Position numbers and translations under genes: made by a program. Below, one piece after another: positions 47,664 to 57,196 of a stretch of DNA of 64,000 nucleotides. The notes beneath the pieces were generated by a model, which saw nothing but the letters and a program-made list of their open reading frames with translations, was not told where the DNA came from and ran no database searches. Positions within the stretch are counted from its first letter, which is position 1, and every line of letters starts with the position of its first letter. This DNA is from an uncultured Chloroflexia bacterium (GTDB lineage: Bacteria > Chloroflexota > Limnocylindria > Limnocylindrales > CSP1-4): positions 1,344,001-1,408,000 of the forward strand of contig CAWEZH010000002.1 of NCBI GenBank assembly GCA_963813535.1, given 5' to 3'.

Positions 47664-48562
47664 AGGACGACCCTGTGCAAGCATCACCAGACGCCCCCGT
47701 GCTGGACCAGCCGACCGACGGCGTCGCCCAGACCGGCCCATCGATCCGGATCGCCACGGCACCCCGTGCGGACGCGGCACCGGCCGCGGAGACGGCGGAC
47801 GATACCGTCATCCACCTCCAGGACCTCTCCTGCTACTACGGCGAGTTCCGGGCGGTCCGCAACGTCGAGGTCGCGATCCAGAAGCAGCGCATCACGGCCC
47901 TCATCGGGCCGTCAGGCTGCGGCAAGTCGACCGTGCTCCGAACGATCAACCGCATGAACGACCTCGTGCCGACATTCCGCATCGAGGGGAAGATCCTGCT
48001 CGACGGGCAGGATCTCTACGGCCGTGGCGTCGACCCTGTCGCCGTCCGACGCCGGGTCGGGATGGTGTTCCAGAAGCCGAACCCGTTCCCCAAGACGATC
48101 TGGGAGAACGTCGCGTTCGGCGCACGCGTCAACGGCTACAAGGGCGATCTGAACGAGCTTGTCGAACGCAGCCTCAGGCGCGCCGCCCTATGGGACGACG
48201 TCAAGGACAAGCTCAAGCAATCGGGCATGGCGCTCTCGGGCGGCCAACAGCAGCGACTTTGTATCGCCCGCACCATCGCCATCGAGCCCGAAGTCATCCT
48301 GATGGACGAACCATGTTCGGCACTCGACCCGAGGAGCACCCTCCAGATCGAGGACCTCATGGCCGAGCTCAAGGAGGATTACACGATCGTCATCGTCACC
48401 CACAACATGCAGCAGGCGGCTCGCGCCTCGGACACGACGGTGTTCCTGACGATGGGTGACGATCGAGCCGGCTTCGTCGTGGAGCAAGCGCCGACGGTCG
48501 AGATCTTCACCAACCCGAAGAACCAGCTGACCGAGGACTACGTGTCCGGCCGGTTCGGATGA
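47657..48562 (+). CDS. pstB: Phosphate ABC transporter ATPase PstB
   Basis: [51 protein letters not shown]; alternative start GTG 47675. Confidence 0.95.
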   Translation: MVEDDPVQASPDAPVLDQPTDGVAQTGPSIRIATAPRADAAPAAETADDTVIHLQDLSCYYGEFRAVRNVEVAIQKQRITALIGPSGCGKSTVLRTINRMNDLVPTFRIEGKILLDGQDLYGRGVDPVAVRRRVGMVFQKPNPFPKTIWENVAFGARVNGYKGDLNELVERSLRRAALWDDVKDKLKQSGMALSGGQQQRLCIARTIAIEPEVILMDEPCSALDPRSTLQIEDLMAELKEDYTIVIVTHNMQQAARASDTTVFLTMGDDRAGFVVEQAPTVEIFTNPKNQLTEDYVSGRFG

Positions 48563-48578
48563 TGTCCGGGGGCGAAAC

Positions 48579-49334
48579 ATGACCGAGCGAACAGACGCCA
48601 CGAACGCACCGACCGTCGATCAACAGGTGGACCAGCTGCTTGCCGACAACGAGTCCGAGGCGTCGAGCGAGGGACCAGCCCGTCGAGACCCACTCGACAT
48701 CCAGGAGCAGGAGATCAAGGACGCCGTCCTGCGGATGGGTGCGCTCGTCGAGGAGGCGATCCGCGAAGCATCGCGATCGCTGGTCACGCATGATGCCGAA
48801 CTGGCTCGAGACGTGATCAAGGCGGACACCCGTATCAACGACGCACAGCGCGAGGTCTCGCGGCAGATCAGTGTCGCGATCGCGACCCAGCAGCCGGTTG
48901 CTCGAGACCTGCGGTACCTGCTGACCCTCGACCACGTGACCTACGAGCTCGAGCGGATCGGCGATCACGCCTCGTCACTCGCCAAGCAGGTCGTGAAGCT
49001 CGCGCCTCAGCCACCGCTGGCGGACTACGTTCGGCTCCCCGAGATGGCCGAGCGGGCAGCCGTCCTCGTCCATGGGGTCCTCCGCGCGCTCGTCGATGCG
49101 GACGCCGTCGCGGCCCGCGAAGTGGCCGTCATGGACGACGAGATCGATCGGCTGTACCACGCGACCTTCGATGAGGTCGTGGAGTTGATGCGGGCCGACC
49201 CGGCCAACGTCGAGCGTGGCACGCGCATCGTCATCGCATCGCATTACATCGAGCGGATCGGCGACCGCTCGACGAATATCGCCGAGGACATCGTGTACCT
49301 GGTGACCGGCGACGTCGAGGACCTCAACCCATGA
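48579..49334 (+). CDS. phoU: Phosphate signalling protein PhoU
   Basis: QQPVARDLR, ELERIGDH, DDEID, IERIGD..TNIAE. Confidence 0.94.
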   Translation: MTERTDATNAPTVDQQVDQLLADNESEASSEGPARRDPLDIQEQEIKDAVLRMGALVEEAIREASRSLVTHDAELARDVIKADTRINDAQREVSRQISVAIATQQPVARDLRYLLTLDHVTYELERIGDHASSLAKQVVKLAPQPPLADYVRLPEMAERAAVLVHGVLRALVDADAVAAREVAVMDDEIDRLYHATFDEVVELMRADPANVERGTRIVIASHYIERIGDRSTNIAEDIVYLVTGDVEDLNP

Positions 49335-49350
49335 GCGAGGTGGCAGCCCG

Positions 49351-49794
49351 TTGACTCGGCCGATCCGGGTCCTGTTCGTCTGCACCGGCAACTCGGCACG
49401 CAGCATCATGGCCGAGGCGCTTCTGCGACGGCACGGCGATCGCTTCGAGGTGCACAGCGCGGGCACGGAGCCCCGCGGCGTGAACCCGCTGACGTTGCGC
49501 GTCCTCGCCGACGCCGGCATCGACGCGTCATGGGCACGCTCGAAATCCGTGGCCGAGTTTCGTGACCATACGTTCGACTATGTCGTGACCGTCTGCGACC
49601 AGGCCCGTCAGGTGTGCCCGGTGTTCCCGGGCGTGCACGAAACGCTGCACTGGGGGTACGAGGATCCCGCGGATGCGACCGGCACCGAGGAGGAACGGCT
49701 TGTCGTGTTCCGACGCGTGTTCGTGGCGCTCGGCGAGCGTGTCCAGCAGTTCGCGACCGTGATCTCGCGCGCGGCGAGCGTTCAGCCCGCCTGA
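49351..49794 (+). CDS. arsC: Arsenate reductase ArsC (thioredoxin-coupled, LMW-PTP fold)
   Basis: CTGNSARS P-loop, TVCD...CPVFPG redox cysteines, HW..EDP. Confidence 0.8.
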   Translation: MTRPIRVLFVCTGNSARSIMAEALLRRHGDRFEVHSAGTEPRGVNPLTLRVLADAGIDASWARSKSVAEFRDHTFDYVVTVCDQARQVCPVFPGVHETLHWGYEDPADATGTEEERLVVFRRVFVALGERVQQFATVISRAASVQPA

Positions 49795-50270
49795 TGCTCC
49801 TCCACCTGCTCCGTCATGCCGACGCCGGCGATCCGGAGGCGTGGGAGGGTCCGGACGCAGCCCGCCCGATCAGCGATAAGGGGCGCAAGCAGTCGAAGCG
49901 GCTCGGGGAGCACCTCGCGCGCATCGGTTGGCAGGCCGATGTGTTCATCACATCGCCGAAGCTCCGTGCCGCCGAGACCGCCGAGCTCGTCGCTGCGCAC
50001 GTGAAGGCGAAGGTGTCCGTGGATGCCCGATTGGCCGGGCCGTTCGAGATCGACGACCTCGAGGCCATGCTCAGGGATGCGGGCGACCCGGAGCGAGCGG
50101 TCTTCGTCGGCCATGATCCCGACTTCAGCGACGCCCTCTCCGGCATGTGTGGGTCGCGGCTGACGATGCGAAAGGGTGCGTTGGCGCGGGTCGAGATCGA
50201 GCGACCGCTGCGGTCCGGTGCCGGTGAGCTGCGCTGGCTGATCCCGCCGGACGCCCTCAAGGAGCGCTGA
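49794..50270 (+). CDS. SixA-like histidine phosphatase
   Basis: LLRHADA, TSPKLRAAETA, VGHDPD, KG motif. Confidence 0.85.
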   Translation: MLLHLLRHADAGDPEAWEGPDAARPISDKGRKQSKRLGEHLARIGWQADVFITSPKLRAAETAELVAAHVKAKVSVDARLAGPFEIDDLEAMLRDAGDPERAVFVGHDPDFSDALSGMCGSRLTMRKGALARVEIERPLRSGAGELRWLIPPDALKER

Positions 50271-50283
50271 CCAGGGGACGCTG

Positions 50284-50655
50284 TCAGGCCGGCAGGGTCT
50301 CGCGCGCTGGGGATAGACGGCCGGATCGCCCTGCGACGAGGTCCGCAGCCGAGATGAGCCCACCGGGGACGAGCTCGCGGGCGATCGAGCCCAGGCGCTC
50401 GGCGACGTCGGGCGCCAGCCGATAGAAGATCCACTGCCCCCGGCGTTCGGAGATCACCGCGCCTGCATCGCGCAGGACCTTGAGGTGGTGCGACACCGTC
50501 GGCTGGCCCACGTCGCAGCACGACGTGAAGTCGCACGCACACGTCTCGCTCTCCGCGGCGAGCTGGCGGACGATCGCGAGCCGGGTCGGATCGGCCAGAG
50601 CGGCGAGGAGTCGGATCTCCGGATCGAGTGGTGTCGTCCGGGCGGTGCGTGCCAT
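50284..50655 (-). CDS. arsR: ArsR-family metalloregulator
   Basis: ALADPTRLAI, ETCACDFTSCC, QPTVSHHLKVLRDAG; divergent from arsM. Confidence 0.88.
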   Translation of the reverse strand: MARTARTTPLDPEIRLLAALADPTRLAIVRQLAAESETCACDFTSCCDVGQPTVSHHLKVLRDAGAVISERRGQWIFYRLAPDVAERLGSIARELVPGGLISAADLVAGRSGRLSPARETLPA

Positions 50656-50665
50656 AGCCGGCAAT

Positions 50666-50736
50666 ATATCGGTCAGATTCGATATTGACAACTATCGAAA
50701 TATCAGCCATCGTCGCTGTATCGAGCGTCATCGATA
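50666..50736. promoter_or_regulatory. Divergent arsR/arsM promoter with ArsR-type dyads
   Basis: AT-rich stretch; ATATCG-N8-CGATAT (50666-50685) and TATCGA-N6-TCGATA (50719-50736); TTGACA at 50685. Confidence 0.6.
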
Positions 50737-50756
50737 TCCCAGGCAGGAGGAGCGAC

Positions 50757-51638
50757 GTGCCGGAGCAAACCATCGCGTGGGTACCCTCAGAGTCGGTCAC
50801 CGACGACGTCCGCGACCGGTATGCCGCGACCGCGCGGGCGCTCCTGGCGCGGCAGGATGTCCCGGAGGACGTCAGCGGGTGCTGCGGCCCGACCGGCGAG
50901 ACGGCCTGGGGTGAGGCCCTGTACGACGCCACTGATCGGGCCGCACTCCCTGAGGCTGCTGTCCTCGCGAGCCTGGGCTGCGGCAACCCGACGGCCGTCG
51001 CCGAGCTCCGCCCGGGCGAGATCGTCCTCGACCTCGGGTCCGGAGGCGGCATCGACGTGCTGCTGTCGGCGGTCCGCGTCGGACCGACTGGCTTCGCCTA
51101 TGGCCTGGACATGACGGACGAGATGTTGGAGCTCGCACGCAAGAATGCTGGCGAAGCGGGCGCCACGAATGTCGAGTTCCGCAAGGGCCGCATCGAGTCG
51201 ATCCCGCTCGGCGACGCGGCGGTCGACGTCGTGATCAGCAACTGCGTCATCAACCTGTCGGCCGACAAGTCGGCCGTGCTGTCCGAGATCGCCCGTGTCC
51301 TCCGTCCGGGTGGGCGGCTCGGCATCAGCGACGTGGTCGCGGACGACTCGCTCACCCCGGCCGACCGCGCGGAGCGCGGCTCGTTCGTGGGCTGCATCGC
51401 GGGTGCGCTGTCATTCGCCGAGTACCGGGCCGGCCTCGAGGCGGTCGGCCTGTCCGACATTTCCGTGACCGCGACCCATGAGGTCGCGGACGGGCTACAT
51501 GGCGCCATCGTCAAGGCGGCCAAGCCGATCGGCTGGACGCCGGCAGACGTGCGTAGCGTGGACCTGCCACTGCCGTCGGCCAGGTCGCTGCCGGTCACCT
51601 CGGGCGAGGCGTGCTGCGGGAGCGGCTGCTGCTCCTGA
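50757..51638 (+). CDS. arsM: Arsenite S-adenosylmethionine methyltransferase
   Basis: [42 protein letters not shown], Cys-rich tail CCGSGCC; AGGAGG RBS. Confidence 0.9.
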   Translation: MPEQTIAWVPSESVTDDVRDRYAATARALLARQDVPEDVSGCCGPTGETAWGEALYDATDRAALPEAAVLASLGCGNPTAVAELRPGEIVLDLGSGGGIDVLLSAVRVGPTGFAYGLDMTDEMLELARKNAGEAGATNVEFRKGRIESIPLGDAAVDVVISNCVINLSADKSAVLSEIARVLRPGGRLGISDVVADDSLTPADRAERGSFVGCIAGALSFAEYRAGLEAVGLSDISVTATHEVADGLHGAIVKAAKPIGWTPADVRSVDLPLPSARSLPVTSGEACCGSGCCS

Positions 51639-51644
51639 CCCGGA

Positions 51645-52850
51645 TCAGTCGGTGACGACGGCCGGGTACGGCAAGGCGATCGGGTCGGCCGAAAGGCGGC
51701 TCCGGCCATCGGCGTCGAACCGGTCGAGCCCGAGGTCAGAAACGTCGATGAGCTCGGTGGCCCCGCGGACCGCCAGGTCCGCTGCGACCCGGGCCACGCC
51801 CGGGCCCCACATCATCCCGTGACCCGCCGCTGACGCGATCCACGCTCCCGCGATCACCGACCCGTCGGGTCGCACGGCCGGTCCGAGGATCGGCAGGTGG
51901 TCCGGGGTGTAGTCGATGGTCGCGGCCCAGATCTTGCGCAGCCCGAGGTCACGAGTGATCGGTACGAAGTCCGCCAGACGGCGTCGGTAGCGCTCATAGG
52001 CCGTCCAGTCGATCGCCCGCGCCTCGCCCGGCTGCTCGTCCGGGTCACTCCAGCCGAAGAGCAGGCCGCCCTCCTCCAGCCGCCAGTACAGACCGGCGCC
52101 GATGTCGAACACCATCGGCATCCGCTCGACCGCGAACGCCTCGTGCGGCTCGAGGACCGCGACCGTGTGGCGCGCGGCGCCAGCCGGGATGCGGACGCCG
52201 AACGTCGCGCCGACCGCCCGCAGCGACGGCCCGCCCGTCAGGAGGACGCGCTCGGTCTCGATCGGACCGGCGCTCGTCTCGACACCGATGACGCGCGAGC
52301 CGTCATCGGTCATGCGGAGGCCGGTGAACGCCGTCCGCTCGCGCAACTCGATCCCGGCCGCCTGCATGGCGAGCGAGTAGGCCCGCACGTTGCGCGGCGG
52401 GTCGACATAGCCGTCGCCCTCGCGATAGGTGCCGCCGCGATGACCGAAGGGCGACAGCGTCCCGGCGAGGGCGGCAGCCTCATCCGCCGTCAGCCAGCGG
52501 ACATCCGACAGCCCAGCGGACTGCTGCATCGCGACGCGCTCGCGCCCGGCGCGCTCGTCGTCATCGGTGACGGCCAGGATCAGGTAGCCGAGCTCGTGGA
52601 ACCCGGAATCGGTTCCGAAGGCTGCCTGCTGCCCGCGATAGAAATCGATCGACCAGCGGCCGAGGGCGACGGTCGCCGGCGTGCCGCCCTGGGCGCGCAC
52701 GATCCCGGCCGCGCGTGACGAGGCGCCCGCACCGGCCAGGCCGCGCTCGAGGACCACCACGCGCCCCACGCCGTCGCTCGCGGCGAAGACCGACGCCCAG
52801 CCACCGATCGTGCCCGCCCCGACGACGACCAGGTCCGCGCGATCCGTCAC
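51645..52850 (-). CDS. FAD-dependent amine oxidase (DadA/sarcosine oxidase beta-like)
   Basis: [42 protein letters not shown]. Confidence 0.85.
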   Translation of the reverse strand: MTDRADLVVVGAGTIGGWASVFAASDGVGRVVVLERGLAGAGASSRAAGIVRAQGGTPATVALGRWSIDFYRGQQAAFGTDSGFHELGYLILAVTDDDERAGRERVAMQQSAGLSDVRWLTADEAAALAGTLSPFGHRGGTYREGDGYVDPPRNVRAYSLAMQAAGIELRERTAFTGLRMTDDGSRVIGVETSAGPIETERVLLTGGPSLRAVGATFGVRIPAGAARHTVAVLEPHEAFAVERMPMVFDIGAGLYWRLEEGGLLFGWSDPDEQPGEARAIDWTAYERYRRRLADFVPITRDLGLRKIWAATIDYTPDHLPILGPAVRPDGSVIAGAWIASAAGHGMMWGPGVARVAADLAVRGATELIDVSDLGLDRFDADGRSRLSADPIALPYPAVVTD

Positions 52851-52875
52851 GACTCGCCTCCTCCGGCATCGCGGC

Positions 52876-53529
52876 TCAGCCGTCGAGCGCTGCGGCCTCC
52901 ACGCACGCCGCGATCACCCCGAGCCGTTGCAGGCGACCGTACGTCGTCCGGCGGCGCACCGTCCAGGCCGCGACATCGAGCCCGGCGGCTCGGACGGCCG
53001 CGAGGGACCCCGGCGCGATCGCATGGAAGTCGACCGAGATCACCCGGCACTCGAGGTCGACGGCCCGGCGGATCGTCGTCGGCGACAAGTCCCACGTGTT
53101 CAGCCAGCGCGGCCAGGCGGGGGCCAGGCCCGCCACCCGCTCGAGGGTCTCGGGGATGAACGATGAGACGACCCCGTTCACCAACCCGGGCCCGCGTCCG
53201 GCGGCGAGGATCTCCACCACGGCCCGGTCGTGGAGACCCTTGAGATCGACGTTGATGATCGCCTTGTGGGGGATCACCGCGAGGGCATCGGCGAGCGACG
53301 GGATGCCGAGGTCCTCGAGCTCGCGGGCTCGCAAGCTGTCGACGCGTCCGGGGCGACCCTGGACCCGGTCGAGCGACTCGTCGTGGCTGAGCACCGGGAC
53401 GCCATCGGCCGACAGCCCGACGTCGAATTCGACGCCGTCGCAGCCGGGAACGGCCAGCGCCGTCGCGAGGGCGGCGATGCTGTTCTCCGGCGCGTGTCGC
53501 CAGTCGCCGCGGTGTGCGAGTCGCAGCAC
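52876..53529 (-). CDS. Glycerophosphodiester phosphodiesterase
   Basis: AHRG, PENS, VEFDV.LSADGVPVLSHD, AWTV. Confidence 0.88.
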   Translation of the reverse strand: MLRLAHRGDWRHAPENSIAALATALAVPGCDGVEFDVGLSADGVPVLSHDESLDRVQGRPGRVDSLRARELEDLGIPSLADALAVIPHKAIINVDLKGLHDRAVVEILAAGRGPGLVNGVVSSFIPETLERVAGLAPAWPRWLNTWDLSPTTIRRAVDLECRVISVDFHAIAPGSLAAVRAAGLDVAAWTVRRRTTYGRLQRLGVIAACVEAAALDG

Positions 53530-53532
53530 GCT

Positions 53533-54294
53533 TCAGCCGACCTCGAGGCGCGCCGCGATCCCAACGTGGTCGCTCGGGTAGAGCGTCGCGTCCACCGGAT
53601 CCGGGCGATCGAAGACGAGGCGGGCATCGACGACGCGGATCGCGCCGCGGAGCCAGATGAAATCGAGGCAGCGCGGGTCGCCATCCGTGTCCATCGCCGG
53701 CGCCTGTAGCCCCGATGGCCATGTGACCGGCGGCTCCGTGCCGTTGGCCTCGAGGAACGCCGATCGGTAGCCTGCTGCGCCCATCCGAGCGTATGTCGGC
53801 TCGGCGGGATCGGCGTTGAAATCGCCCATCACGACGATGGCGTCGGTCGACGGTCCTGACGCCACCCAATCGATCAACGCGGCCGCCTGCTCGTCCCGCG
53901 AGGCCGCGTCGGCGGGGATGTGGTGGAGGTGGGTGACGGCGACCAGGACCGAGGCACCGCCGGTCAACTCGACGACGGCGCGATGCGCCGCACGCTGGAG
54001 GCCGAGATCGATCCGGTCGACATCACGGACCACCAACGGCTCGCGCGCCAGCAGGCTGTTGCCGTACTCGGGGCGGCCGGCCCAGCCACGGATGGCGGTG
54101 TAGTGCCCCTCCCCCGCCGCTCCGATGAGGCGGTCCTGCTGCATGACGTACACGACCTCCTGGAGCCCGAGGAGGTCGGGCTGCAGCGCCGCCATCTCGG
54201 CGAGGATCAGCGGCAGCCGCTCCGGCCAGCGGTCCGCCAGGTTGAGGATGTTGAAGGTGGCCACGTGCAGGGCCACGGGCCGGCGGTCGGTCAC
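53533..54294 (-). CDS. Endonuclease/exonuclease/phosphatase (EEP) family protein
   Basis: ATFNI, GLQEV, THL, MGDFNA, LDFIW, PSDH. Confidence 0.88.
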   Translation of the reverse strand: MTDRRPVALHVATFNILNLADRWPERLPLILAEMAALQPDLLGLQEVVYVMQQDRLIGAAGEGHYTAIRGWAGRPEYGNSLLAREPLVVRDVDRIDLGLQRAAHRAVVELTGGASVLVAVTHLHHIPADAASRDEQAAALIDWVASGPSTDAIVVMGDFNADPAEPTYARMGAAGYRSAFLEANGTEPPVTWPSGLQAPAMDTDGDPRCLDFIWLRGAIRVVDARLVFDRPDPVDATLYPSDHVGIAARLEVG

Positions 54295-55508
54295 GCGCCG
54301 GTCGCCGGTCGTGCGCCACCCGCCACGGGCAGGGCGAACGAGAAGGTCGAACCAGTCCCTTCCTCCGACTCGACCCAGATGCGTCCACCGTGCTGCTCGA
54401 CCACGTGGCGCGCGATCGCCAGCCCCAGCCCGGTGCCACCGCCCGCCTCGGCACGCAGTCGCGCCCGATCGACCTTGTAGAAGCGCTCGAAGATCCGGTC
54501 CTTGGCACCACGCGGGATACCGATCCCGTGGTCCTCGACCGACGTCACCACCCGTCCGTCATCGACGGCGGTCCGGATCGTGACCTCGCCCCCATCCGGA
54601 CTGAACTTGACCGCATTGTGGACGAGGTTCACCACGACCTGGCCGAGCCGCGCGGCGTCGCCACGGACGGGCGGCAGCCCCGTCGGGGTGTCGATGTGGA
54701 ACGTGACGCCCTGCCGTTCGCCGAACAGCCGCAGCCGCTCGGCCGAGTCGGCAGCCAGCCGGCTCATGTCGACGCCGTCGGCCAGCTGCAGCGTGCCACC
54801 ACCCTCGATCCGGCTGAGGTCGAGCAGCTCGTTCACCATCTGGACCAGGTGACCGGTCTCCACCTCGATCTTGGCGATCCGGTCGCGCATCTTCGGGGGG
54901 ATCGCATCGCCGACACCCTCAGCCTCGCGCTCCAACGTCTCCGCGAGGAGGCTGACCGTCGTGAGGGGCGTCCGCAGCTCGTGCGAGAGGTTGTCGATGA
55001 ACTCCGTCCTGATGCGCTGGAGCCGGCGCAGCTCGGATACGTCCTCGAGCACGAGCCAGGTGCCACCACCGGCACTGGCCTGCGCGCGGACGGTCAGGAC
55101 CGGTCCGTCCGGTCCGGCGGAGCGGATCTCCGCGCTCGCCGAGCCCGAGCGCGACTTGGCGGCTCGAGCGGCCAGGCCCTCGACCGACGGGTCCATGAAC
55201 GCTTCCATCAGCGAGCGCCCCGGCAGACCGTCGGGGCGATGACCGAGCAGCTCGTGGGCGCGTGCGTTGGCCTCGACGACGCGCTGCGACGCGTCGATAC
55301 GCACGACCCCGATGTCCAGGGCCTGCCGAAGGGCCTCGTCATCGGCTGTGCGATCGGCCAGCTCGCGGACCCGGGCATCGTCCTCGCCACGCGACCGCTC
55401 AAGGGCTGCGGTCACGCGGTCGATCTCGTATCCGCGCCGGATGAAGGCGATGGTGGCACCAAGCGTGGTCAACGCCAGCAGGACAGCCACGAGGACGCTC
55501 GGTTCCAC
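54291..55508 (-). CDS. Sensor histidine kinase, PhoR/SenX3-like (TM-PAS-HisKA-HATPase)
   Basis: FIDNLSHELRTPL, NLVHNAVKFS, DHGIGIP, IFERFYKVDRAR, GGTGLGLAI; start estimated. Confidence 0.9.
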   Translation of the reverse strand: MEPSVLVAVLLALTTLGATIAFIRRGYEIDRVTAALERSRGEDDARVRELADRTADDEALRQALDIGVVRIDASQRVVEANARAHELLGHRPDGLPGRSLMEAFMDPSVEGLAARAAKSRSGSASAEIRSAGPDGPVLTVRAQASAGGGTWLVLEDVSELRRLQRIRTEFIDNLSHELRTPLTTVSLLAETLEREAEGVGDAIPPKMRDRIAKIEVETGHLVQMVNELLDLSRIEGGGTLQLADGVDMSRLAADSAERLRLFGERQGVTFHIDTPTGLPPVRGDAARLGQVVVNLVHNAVKFSPDGGEVTIRTAVDDGRVVTSVEDHGIGIPRGAKDRIFERFYKVDRARLRAEAGGGTGLGLAIARHVVEQHGGRIWVESEEGTGSTFSFALPVAGGARPATGA

Positions 55509-55548
55509 ACCGCGAGCATCGCATACCCGAGCGTCACCGGACCGGCCG

Positions 55549-56601
55549 TCATCGACCTCGGATGCGCCCGCCGTATGGCCCGACCCGCTCGACCAGACCG
55601 CCGAGCCACGGGGCCGCATGACGATCGAACGCCCGCAACGGGAACGCGTGTCGCAGCACGAGCAGATGCGCGATCCGTGCCGCCGCTCGGCGAGCCCCGG
55701 TGACGGTCCGGATACCGCGCGTGTCGGTGTGGGTGAGCGCGCGGTCGACGGCATCGATGGCGTCGGCTGCGGCGAGCTCGCTCGACACGCGCAGCACGTC
55801 GTCCTCCTCGGGTGACGTCGCGTCCGGCCACGGTGGATCCCCCAGCCGTTCGAGCGTGCCGGTCGCGGCGAGCTGCCGGAGCTCATCCGCCGACAGGCCG
55901 CCCAACCGGTCGAGCAACGTCCCGATCGCCGTGGTGGCCGGACCGTAGCGCGGCTGGCCGACCGCCGAATCCCAGCCGCGGGTCAGGCGCTCGCGAGCCC
56001 ACGAGCTCGCCGGGTCACCAAGGATCTGTTCGAGGAGGTCGCTCAGCAGGATGTCGGCGAGCCGGCCGACCACGGCGTCGCGGATCTGCGCCGAGCGACG
56101 CGCGGCGGGCGGGAGACGCGCCATCGCCGAATGCTCGGCATCGTCGAGGGTCCCCTCGAGTTCGGGCGGGACGAACTGCCGCAACGTGGCGAGGAAGGCG
56201 ATGGGTGCGGGTTCGGCCAGTGCCAGCCGGTCGAGCTCGTCGACGGTCAGCCGGCCGACGCGGTCGACGATCGAGGCGACGAGCTCGGCCGTGGTCGGCG
56301 GCCGACGGACGGTCCGGCGGACCGGGGCAGCCCAGTCGGTGCCGGCACGCGGCGGACGTCCGGCACGGACACCGATCGATCGCTCGCGGTCGTACCGACG
56401 GCGAAGGTCGGGATCGCTGAGCCAGTCGTGGGCGACGTTGATCCGCTTGGCGAGCTCGAGGCCGTTCGCTCCGGCCACGTCGGGATGGTGCTGGCGCAGC
56501 AGCGCCCGCCAGGCAAGCTCGATGGCCTCCGGGCTCGCGTCGCGGGGCACGCCGAGCCGGGCGTACAGGTCGTCGTTCGGCAGCGATTGGCGAACCGGCA
56601 T
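55549..56601 (-). CDS. J-domain (DnaJ-like) protein with unknown C-terminal region
   Basis: DLYARLGV...AWRALLRQHHPDV...INVAHDWLSDPDLRRRYD. Confidence 0.8.
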   Translation of the reverse strand: MPVRQSLPNDDLYARLGVPRDASPEAIELAWRALLRQHHPDVAGANGLELAKRINVAHDWLSDPDLRRRYDRERSIGVRAGRPPRAGTDWAAPVRRTVRRPPTTAELVASIVDRVGRLTVDELDRLALAEPAPIAFLATLRQFVPPELEGTLDDAEHSAMARLPPAARRSAQIRDAVVGRLADILLSDLLEQILGDPASSWARERLTRGWDSAVGQPRYGPATTAIGTLLDRLGGLSADELRQLAATGTLERLGDPPWPDATSPEEDDVLRVSSELAAADAIDAVDRALTHTDTRGIRTVTGARRAAARIAHLLVLRHAFPLRAFDRHAAPWLGGLVERVGPYGGRIRGR

Positions 56602-56691
56602 AGGTGGTCGAAGGGTACTGGCGCAGCCGGTCCTGGTCGTTATCCTGCTGCAGTCCGGCGGGATGTCGCCGGGGCCGAGAGGGATTGGTCG

Positions 56692-57195
56692 ATGAGTTTC
56701 ATCAAGCGGGCCCAGGAGGCCGCGGCACAGGCGGCGGCGATGGCGAATCGCACGGCGAGCGACCCAGCCACACAGGAGGCCGTCAACCGCAGTGCTCGCG
56801 AGGCAGTCGGTATGGCCCGCCGCGGCGTCACGACCGTGATCGAGAAGATCGACCCAGGCACGCTCGCAGAACTGATCGTGCGCGCGACGGCGCTCCAGGA
56901 GATGACGAATGCGTCGCTGCGCCAGAAGGGTTCGCCCTATCGGATCGCGGAGATCTCGATCTCCGCGTCGATCCCGCCGGCCGTCAGCTTCGCGATCAGC
57001 AGGCTGGGCGATGAGACCGAAGAGGTCGTCGGCGAGGTGGTCTCGTCGGCCGAGCTGGTCGAGCAGGCCGAGGACGCCGGTGAGCTCGTCATCGCCCTTG
57101 ACGGGACGACGGTCGACGACTCGGCGATCGCGCCGACGGTCGATCATGACGGCGACGGCGTGGCGATGCCGCCGAGCTCGATCTCGAGCGGCTAG
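56692..57195 (+). CDS. Hypothetical protein
   Basis: GAGAGGG RBS; MSFIKRAQEAAAQ amphipathic start and acidic C-terminus; fills the gap between the J-protein and proS. Confidence 0.6.
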   Translation: MSFIKRAQEAAAQAAAMANRTASDPATQEAVNRSAREAVGMARRGVTTVIEKIDPGTLAELIVRATALQEMTNASLRQKGSPYRIAEISISASIPPAVSFAISRLGDETEEVVGEVVSSAELVEQAEDAGELVIALDGTTVDDSAIAPTVDHDGDGVAMPPSSISSG

Positions 57196-57196
57196 A

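Noticed and set aside
50284-51638. Arsenic genes as a mobile resistance island
   Set aside because: No integrase, transposase, flanking repeats or evident compositional shift in the coding sequence
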